A stretch of DNA of 63,026 nucleotides, counting the filler, from Reticulomyxa filosa (Eukaryota > Protista > Foraminifera), in assembly GCA_000512085.1 (NCBI GenBank). It is 14 parts of 14 records of this genome, joined end to end, with 100 filler letters (N's around TTAATTAATTAA, not from the genome) between each part and the next. Parts side by side here need not be neighbours in the genome. Positions count along the whole stretch, not along the records: positions 53,946 to 55,227 come from ASPP01023201.1; positions 55,328 to 56,510 come from ASPP01042293.1; positions 56,611 to 59,222 come from ASPP01001377.1; positions 59,323 to 60,884 come from ASPP01001925.1; positions 60,985 to 63,026 come from ASPP01025882.1; 9 more parts are not named here. The stretch is one strand, 5' to 3'. Below, one piece after another: positions 55,088-63,026 of this stretch; the stretch's first letter is position 1; each line of letters begins with the position of its first letter. A model generated the notes under the pieces. The model saw only the letters and a list, made by a program, of their open reading frames with translations. It ran no database searches and was not told the DNA's origin. A program made the translations under genes and the position numbers.

Positions 55088-55227
55088 TGTAGAGAGCTAC
55101 ACTAAATGTAATACGAAAAGATTTTACTCGAATTGAGAGTGGCTTTTAGTAAAATAAAGTAAACTAAATAACCAAAATAAATAACTCAGTAAGTAAAAAG
55201 GAAAGACCAAGCAAGAAGTGAAGAAGG
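55088..55227 (-). mobile_element. Partial LTR of a related family, cut by the contig end
   Basis: TGT terminus plus ACTAAATGTAATACGAAAAGATTTTACTC, matching 35135-35164 in the Gypsy LTR. Confidence 0.55.
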
Positions 55228-55327
55228 NNNNNNNNNNNNNNNNNNNNNNNNNNNNNNNNNNNNNNNNNNNNTTAATTAATTAANNNNNNNNNNNNNNNNN
55301 NNNNNNNNNNNNNNNNNNNNNNNNNNN
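55228..55327. other. Artificial contig linker
   Basis: N44-TTAATTAATTAA-N44. Confidence 0.99.
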
Positions 55328-56510
55328 AATTAAATCAATTACAAAAGAGTTTGGAAAATGTGAGTTTGTGTGCACCAAATGGAAAATGTTATTGGTTCCA
55401 GATAAGACACAATCGATCACGTTCAAGATGAAAAACAAAAGAAATATCCAAAGATGAAATTAAAATTAGATAGTAGCAATATTGAAGAAGCAGATTACGT
55501 GAAATATTTGGGATTGATTGTGGATCAGCAAATGACATTCCAACAACATATCAACTATGTTTATAGTAAAGCAGCAAAGGAACTTCGTCCAAGTTTATCA
55601 GTGTATAATTTATTGTATACCAAATGGTGAAAAAGGTTAAAACTACATAATACTAACAATCTCACAAAAATCCAACTGCTATAAAAAAAATTTTAATCAC
55701 TATAAAAATTAATTTTACTAGTAAAAAATTTTCGGACTTTACTTTTCCGACGATTTTGAGATATCTACTTGTTGAAGTGATCTATTATCCTGACTGATTG
55801 CAAGTTCGTGATTAATGCAATATTCGACAAATGGGATTCTGACATCTATAAATTGCCAATTATGGATTGTCAGAGATATTGAGGTCATTTAATGAAGATA
55901 AAAATATATATATATTAGAAGCCCATTCATAATCATTGGCAGCAAACAGCGCTCAAGGGTGGAGCATGTTGGATCAAAATCCGCTATGTATTTCCTTTTT
56001 TGAATTGTGAGTTCTGGATCTCTCCAGGAGATTTGGAGACTTGTGATACCATCGGTCTGATCAAAATCTACATTGGTATTCCACAATTTGAGAAAGAAAT
56101 ATTAATATGTTTTTAGTTATTGTTTTGTGTTATATTTTTCTTTCAGACTTTAATGCTAAATCTTTTTTTACTTTTGGATTAAAGATCATTCTGGTATACT
56201 GGAAATGATAAAGTAGATCTTGTTGCAAATATCGCAACCAGATTTAATTCAACAGCATAAATCAGCGGCATTCCTGAATAATCATGGATTAAATCCCTTC
56301 TTTACAGAACAATGGAATAGACATTGGATTTGCGAAGGAATTGATATTCCAAGACACGTAGCCACGATATTTCATATCTAACCTGACGGAGGCTCAATTA
56401 TTTGAAAAAATTGTATTGCATTCATTGACATTTAGTGAACGCAAGATCATTTGTCGACTGGTAAAATTGGATTGCATGATTATTTGCATACAAAAATTAA
56501 TTCTCCTGGT
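55328..56510 (+). mobile_element. Degenerate non-LTR (LINE) retrotransposon fragment: RT C-terminus plus RNase H
   Basis: VKYLGLIVDQQMTFQQHINYVYSKAAK (~55499-55579) and WIKDHSGILGNDKVDLVA (~56176-56230); stops and deletions in between. Confidence 0.8.
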
Positions 56511-56610
56511 NNNNNNNNNNNNNNNNNNNNNNNNNNNNNNNNNNNNNNNNNNNNTTAATTAATTAANNNNNNNNNNNNNNNNNNNNNNNNNNNNNNNNNN
56601 NNNNNNNNNN
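56511..56610. other. Artificial contig linker
   Basis: N44-TTAATTAATTAA-N44. Confidence 0.99.
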
Positions 56611-56697
56611 AATAATAAAAAAAAAAAAAATAAAAAAATAAAAAAAAATAAATGAAAAAAAGAAACAAACAAATGAAACAAAACAAATAAAGCAAAA

Positions 56698-57357
56698 TTA
56701 AAAACTGGTGGCATTGTATTGGTGTTTGGAATACCAATAAGTGTCAAAAGGATTTTTTTCATTACTATTTAAAAAAGCGTTGTTGCCACCCCATAAAGTG
56801 CTATTGGGTCGTTTGTTTGCTTTTTGTGAATTTGCATTTACTTTTGTATTTATACTTGCGTTTGTTTTTGTTTTTGTTTTTGCATTTGCATTTGTATTTA
56901 TATTTATGTTTGTGTTTGTGCCGTTTTTGTCTGACTCATCAAATGTGGTCGACGATGATGACGATGACGTCTGTGTGTAACAAGCATGGATTCCCATGTA
57001 TTTGTTTTGCTCGTGTCGCAATTCCATTTCGATTTGTCTTATCCACATCACGTTTTTCCACATTTGCGGAGGCTTTTTTGAGGTCCAGTTGTACTGCTGA
57101 TTTGCGACACATCGACCCGTTTTTTCGTACAGCTTCCAACCTCCCCAATGATGGCCATAACAATATGCATAATAGTATTCAAAGTTAAACACACCATACA
57201 ATTGCTGCTCCAAATTGCTTGGAATTCCATGCAAACTATCAATGCGAACTTCAAACATATGAAAGTCTGGCATTGGAATTAGGATTATTCGATAGTGTGC
57301 TCCTTTTTTTTTTGTACATTTTTTTTTTTTTTGAAATGTACAAAATGCTTGGACCCC

Positions 57358-57388
<31 letters not shown>

Positions 57389-57705
57389 CAAATTACAAAT
57401 AAACCTGCATCTCTTTCAAATAACCAAAACCATTTGTAAAACAGTCTTTTTTCTTCTTTTGATCCAAACTGAATTAAAAACACTTCCAACAAACTGTATA
57501 TACAGCTTTCGTCAAACAAGTACTCTCGTGGTTGGGTAGGGGCATCCTTATCATTTCCCGTTTCGGTTGTCTGTTTTTTTGATATTTCTTCTGTTTCAAA
57601 CTTCTTTTCTTCTGAGCATGTAGAAGAGTGCATTATCCCTTTTCTATAATAATCTATAATCAAAAAGGGGGTAACACATTTTTTTTGTTCGTGACGATTT
57701 TTCAA
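56698..57705 (-). CDS. Hypothetical protein, multi-exon; start uncertain (may extend to ~58223)
   Basis: 335-aa read-through ORF with an aromatic-rich globular segment and an N/T/K low-complexity tail; an embedded poly-T/poly-A intron. Confidence 0.55.
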
Positions 57706-58660
57706 AAAAAATTGAACTACGATTGTAGAGAAATTTTTGAATTATGCAGAACGTGTGATAAATTTAAAGCAATTTTTTTTCAATACTAATTATGTCGTTT
57801 AAGGTTTTTTCTGTAAATAAAAAACTACAAAATGTATTTTTATTTTGACCACAGCCGCGCAGAATTTGTTCAAAAGCTTGAAGTACCAATTGAGAGAGGA
57901 ACACTGCACACTAACACAACATGGAATCAGTTTTACAGTTGTTTTTTTTACAGTAACTAAGGAAACTTTTTGCTGTTTCATTGCTCTTTCAAAAAAAATC
58001 GGTGCATATGAATGAATATCCAAATTTAAATCTTCCAAGACATTTTTTTGATCACAAATTCAGAAATTTGATGTAATTCAATACTTTCAATAAAAAAAAA
58101 ACATGAATTTAAATTTAATTCAAATTGAAATTGCTCAATTAGATTCATATCTTTCAAAATGCATAACACCTCGTCTTGTTTGTGTATTTTGTCAAACAAA
58201 GTAGCGTCAACAAATGATTTCATGGTGTTAATATTCTATCATTCAAAAGATATAATCACAAAACTAAAATATTTTTAAAAATTTTTAAAAAGTGTAAAAA
58301 ATGTAAATTGAACATAATTTACATGTTTAATCTTTTTTACATGTTGTAATTGTGATGAATATTGAAAAAAAAAAGTGCACTTGACTTGAGCTTTTTACAA
58401 ATAAAAATTTAAAATTTAGATATAAAACATATTTTGGTCAAAGCGACAAAAATTTTTTTTGTGAGTGTAAAACTTTTGCGAAATTATATTTAATTTTATT
58501 AAAATTGTTACTTGATCAAATTTCCAATCTTAAACGATTTTCTTCAAATTAACACAAAAAATTGATTTTTGTTAAAATTCTTTAGCTATTTTTTAAAAAA
58601 CTTTCAAATCTAAAATTTAAGACAAAGTTCAGTAAGGGAGAAAGACGACATAAACTTTTG

Positions 58661-59179
58661 ATGGTTTCATCGGACGGGCGCTTGGTGGCGTCAATTTTAC
58701 TGACGTTTTTGGCGTGGTTTATATACACACCAATATTTATCTACTGGCTTGCACGATATATAAGGATTTCACATCATCCTGTAATAGCAAAGCGTTACAC
58801 GACACTAGTAATTTTATTGAACGTATTGGCGATATTATTTATAGGCGTGGAAAGAGTAGTCTTCATATGGGTCTATATAAGTGATTTGATTCCCAAACAC
58901 TCGATATCTTACAAGACAATGTATTATACATATGGTTGCCTGTATTCCCTCTGCATCCATGGCATGTTGTACTTGTACTTGTTACGGGTATGGTGCATTG
59001 AGTACGATATTGGTTGGTGCGTTGGAAGCCAAAGGCAATCTTGGCGACTACATTTGGACCCAATTAATCAGCAAAAAGGCAATTGGTACATCCGAAATAA
59101 ATCGACATTTGGAAATGTGCGATGGATGGCAAAATTTGTTTTTGTTATCTATGGGTTATCAGTTACCATTTCGCAGTGA
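58661..59179 (+). CDS. N-terminal part of a multi-pass membrane protein, possibly 7TM-RGS-like; 3'-partial
   Basis: TM1, then HHPVIAKRY, TM2, TM3 ending YLLRVW..Y. This pattern recalls protist 7TM-RGS proteins, but no RGS box is in the window. Confidence 0.55.
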   Translation: MVSSDGRLVASILLTFLAWFIYTPIFIYWLARYIRISHHPVIAKRYTTLVILLNVLAILFIGVERVVFIWVYISDLIPKHSISYKTMYYTYGCLYSLCIHGMLYLYLLRVWCIEYDIGWCVGSQRQSWRLHLDPINQQKGNWYIRNKSTFGNVRWMAKFVFVIYGLSVTISQ

Positions 59180-59181
59180 CG

Positions 59182-59222
<41 letters not shown>

Positions 59223-59322
59223 NNNNNNNNNNNNNNNNNNNNNNNNNNNNNNNNNNNNNNNNNNNNTTAATTAATTAANNNNNNNNNNNNNNNNNNNNNN
59301 NNNNNNNNNNNNNNNNNNNNNN
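59223..59322. other. Artificial contig linker
   Basis: N44-TTAATTAATTAA-N44. Confidence 0.99.
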
Positions 59323-60291
59323 ATTGCTGATAACAAAAAAAAAACAACAGACTACATCATAGTTCAAATATTTTCATTTGTCTTTTGACAAGGACATTGC
59401 TGATCGTGCTTACTCTACTTCTGAGTCCAATAAAACATTTACGTTTTTTATAAAAAGAAGTGTTTGTTGGATTTGCATGATAATCCACAATTTTGTCAAT
59501 ATACATTATCCAATGAAATTGACAAAGATGAACTGAAAAGATTAGTGCAAACTATTCATTTAGAATCTTTATCGCGTTGGCCGTAAAAGTGTTCAAGGCA
59601 TTTCAACAATTGCAAAGAAAATTCTTTTTAATAAATTGACTAAAAGTAAGAACATATTACATAATCTTTGGAATATTGAAAAAGATTTAAAATAATCAGA
59701 TTAAGATATTTTTAAGTCTGATTAATATTTCAACTTGTTTAATTCAACGAAACATAAGCTAAAAAAAGTGACAGTAAATAAATTATTTAGTGAAATATAT
59801 TAATCAAACATTAAAAATAATGTTGATAAATTATCTGCTTCAACTAAAAGTTATAATACTATACTGAAAAAACGAAAAGCAAACTACTGGATGATATCAA
59901 TTATATAATTAAATGTATTTAATCTAAAAAACATTATTCAGAAAATTTTAATGAAATAGAACAAATTGAAAGCATTATTGAATGAATGATGTTGCAAGAT
60001 CAACAATAGAAGAAATCAAGGATATTACAGCAAATTTGAAAAAAGAAAACAAAAATTTTTTAAAAAATAGAATATATTGGCGACCTTATTGAAGAGAATA
60101 AATTGAATATGAAGATTATGAAGAATATAACGAAACAAATAAAAAGAAATTTGATGCAAAATTGACTAAGCAAAGAAATTACAATTATGCATTGAATCTG
60201 ATGAAAAAAAAAGATGATCAAGTCTGTCTTTTTTAAAACAGATAATTCCGGCAATTGAACAAATTAGTAAAAAAAAATGTGGTGTTAGATA

Positions 60292-60419
60292 CAGTATGTT
60301 GCAAAGAAAACTGAACGCCTAAAACGATATCCTATGATGATAATTGATTTTTCATGGAGAAAATCAATTATCATCATAGGATATCGTTTTAGGCGTTTAG
60401 TTTTCTTTGCAACCTACTG
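60292..60419. mobile_element. 128-bp palindromic Tc1/mariner-type MITE with TA TSD
   Basis: TA|CAGTATGTTGCAAAG...CTTTGCAACCTACTG|TA; ~60-bp arms with 2 mismatches and almost no spacer. Confidence 0.88.
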
Positions 60420-60497
60420 TATATACTGTTAACGATGTTTTGCCTTTCGTTGATAAATAATATAACAAACTTGCAATTAATAATTTTTATTAATTGC

Positions 60498-60715
60498 TAT
60501 TATCAAGTCCATGTTATACAATCTCAAAACTAATGGAACGGTGGGACCCTCGGTGGGTTAAAACTCTTCACAACGCAACTTACTTTTGTGTCTTCTTTAC
60601 TTGTTTTCCTTTATTGTGTTGAAATTATTTTTGTTAATTTAATTTCCTTTTACCGAAGTTGCTTTTGGAACTAAGTTCCTTTCGTATTACAGTTAGTCGT
60701 CTCACTATTCCTACA
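60498..60715 (+). mobile_element. Solo LTR, second copy of the 44887-45098 family (5' end degraded)
   Basis: Colinear with 44887-45098 from ACAATCTCAAA to TTCCTACA. Confidence 0.85.
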
Positions 60716-60884
60716 TTAGATCTTAGTAAAAAAAGAATAGAAATATAATTGATAAAAAATTGTAGAGAAAAATAAAATGCGTTTTGAAATACTTGAAGAT
60801 TCGTAGATAATTTTAACAAATTTTGAAAAAATGTTGATTTTTGACATAAAAAATCGATCATCTTCATAAGGTGCATTTTAGTGT

Positions 60885-60984
60885 NNNNNNNNNNNNNNNN
60901 NNNNNNNNNNNNNNNNNNNNNNNNNNNNTTAATTAATTAANNNNNNNNNNNNNNNNNNNNNNNNNNNNNNNNNNNNNNNNNNNN
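60885..60984. other. Artificial contig linker
   Basis: N44-TTAATTAATTAA-N44. Confidence 0.99.
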
Positions 60985-62804
60985 TTTGTTTGTTACGCAT
61001 TCACATTTTTGGATTTAGCTTTGTTTTGTGATTGAAAAAAAATAAATATTCACTTTTTCAATAAGCGAATGTTTTAGCAAATTACAATTGATATGCTCAT
61101 TTCAAAAAATATTTCAAACACAAATCATTTGTTTTTGAATAAAAAAAATAAATACTATTCCAAATTTTATTGCGGCAAAAATAATTATTCACTTCCTCAC
61201 AAGTAATTTCTGTTGTCTGTTAATAAATCTTTTGTATTTTTCCCAAATATCCATAAACCAAAACTTCAATGCCCACTTGCCAAATACATTTCATCCAATT
61301 ATTTTTACCCGTTCAATTTTAAATTATCTCACTGTCTGTTGGGTTTTTTTAATTTTGTTTTGGCGCATAAAATTTTTTAAAAACTATTTACATTTAAACG
61401 TTTAATCTTTTTTTTTTCTGTTGGAAACATTGTCTTGTTTACCGATAAGATTAATAACAAATAATTTATACATATGCTTATTTTTTGTGGTTTTTTATTT
61501 ATGTGTGTTCGACAGCCTTTATTTTTTTTTTTAACACTATGCAAAAGACACATTTTGTTAAATTTACCAGATTGTTCAACTGTAATGTAACATGTCAAAA
61601 AAAAATGCAAAAAAGTGCCTACTCAAAGCCTTTACCTTGTAAAAAAAAACACAAAATGGTTAATTTGACTGCAAAAAACAAAGTCCGATAAATATGACGT
61701 CACGCTTCATGTATTGCCTAAAAAAACATAAAAATAAATAATGACATATAAATTCTTGTGGAATGATTATAAATGCGTTAAGCCATTTCACATCAACTTT
61801 AAACATAAATAAGAATTCAAAAACACAAATTAAACGACCGATGCAAAAAAGCAAATGTAAATCTAAAAAATAATTATTTTATCTTTCTTGAATGGTAAAA
61901 TAAAGTAAACGATGACAATAAATTCCACAATCTTCTGTATTATCTCCTTTGATTAGTGCAATTCTGCACTATTTAACCGAATATTCCAAAAATAAATTGA
62001 AAAGTGATATATCTTACAATTTGAATGTTAAACAAAATATAAAAGATAAGCGTTATCAATACCTAATTTCTCCAGCGTTTATTGATAATTGCTGTGATTT
62101 ATGGACTAACGTAATTGCTCTTTTGTTTTTATATTTCAATTAGTAGAGACTAATTTAATGATTTTTATAAATAATAATTGCTGCATGTTTTGTTTGCAAG
62201 AAAAGATTATAAGTGAGACAAATTAAGTTTTATAATCAAAATGTTCATATCCAATTTTCAATTATTATCTTATAGACATATACAAGAAGCGGATTATAAT
62301 TCTTTTTTTTTACACAAACTTCAATATATTTAGCTTATTTTCTATTCCAATATTACTTATGTTAACGAATTGAAACAACTATTGCATCAAATAATATACA
62401 GTAGTTATTTATGACGAAAATAACTTAGTTGAATTGATATTAAATGAAAAATATTAACCACATTAATTCAAACTTTGTTAAGTTTGGTTTATTTTCAAAT
62501 AGAAATTCTTATTTCATAAAATTGATGTAACCACATTAAAAACAAAACTTGAACGAACTCAAAATCGTGCAATGTCTTTTTGACCCCTTTAGAGAAATCT
62601 TTCATCACAGTTTTTAACAATGCTGTTGCATTATTTGTTATGTCAAAAAAGGACACCAAAGATGTATGTTAAAACTTCAAATGTATTAAATACAATTTAT
62701 TTAATCTACACTAATTTCAAATATACAACCCATTTTTAACGTAAAATCAACGTTCAAAAGGGCTCCTTTTTTAAAGTAAAAAAGATCAAGTACTTAATAG
62801 TAAC

Positions 62805-63026
62805 ATGGAGAATAAAAGCACGAGACAAATATCTACTGAACAAAACCAAAAAAACCTTACTACAGCAACTTCACTTCCTAAGAGCGAAAAACAACCTGAA
62901 CAAAGTCAACATATTATTACTTCAACTCCCTTTCAAAAGTTGAAAGAGTTGCCCAATTCACTTTCTTCATCTCAATGCGTGGTACACAAACACGAACTCC
63001 TCATTTGTGGAGGTGTTGATAAAAGA
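62805..63026 (+). CDS. Kelch-like family protein N-terminus, paralogue of the gene starting at 32136; runs off the window
   Basis: MENKSTRQ...TPFQKLKELPNSLSSSQCVVHKHELLICGG versus TPFEILAPLPDVFFQSQCVIHKHEILICGG. Confidence 0.85.
   Translation, partial: MENKSTRQISTEQNQKNLTTATSLPKSEKQPEQSQHIITSTPFQKLKELPNSLSSSQCVVHKHELLICGGVDKR

Overview
This is not one genomic locus. It is 14 AT-rich eukaryotic contigs joined by 13 artificial 100-bp linkers (N44-TTAATTAATTAA-N44), so adjacency across a linker means nothing. Genes use the standard code and have short GT-AG introns. The source is probably a foraminiferan of the Reticulomyxa type (inference, from the WD40, kelch-TPR and caspase-like families and an Ala-extended ubiquitin). 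Recognisable genes: ZNF598/Hel2 E3 ligase, a serpin with a GPI-like tail, a DH-PH RhoGEF head-to-head with a Tudor/EF-hand/CDPK-like pseudokinase, a POLE fragment, a Ras-like GTPase split by large insertions, kelch-TPR, a coiled-coil protein, an FkbM methyltransferase, an MFSD4-like transporter, ubiquitin-RPS27a, an UPF1/SEN1-like helicase, WD40, a caspase-like protease and several membrane proteins. Mobile DNA: a Ty3/Gypsy relic, solo LTRs, a LINE relic and Tc1/mariner-type MITEs. Two observations stand out. (1) A ~325-nt structured RNA-like element at 6476-6799: tRNA-like halves closed around a hairpin- and pseudoknot-rich insert, a tmRNA-like or long-intron tRNA architecture. (2) A Gypsy-derived unit at 32641-35331 bounded by two inverted copies of the same LTR end and a 4-bp target-site duplication, so it is shaped like a TIR transposon. 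All splice models and base pairings were read by eye; no searches were run.
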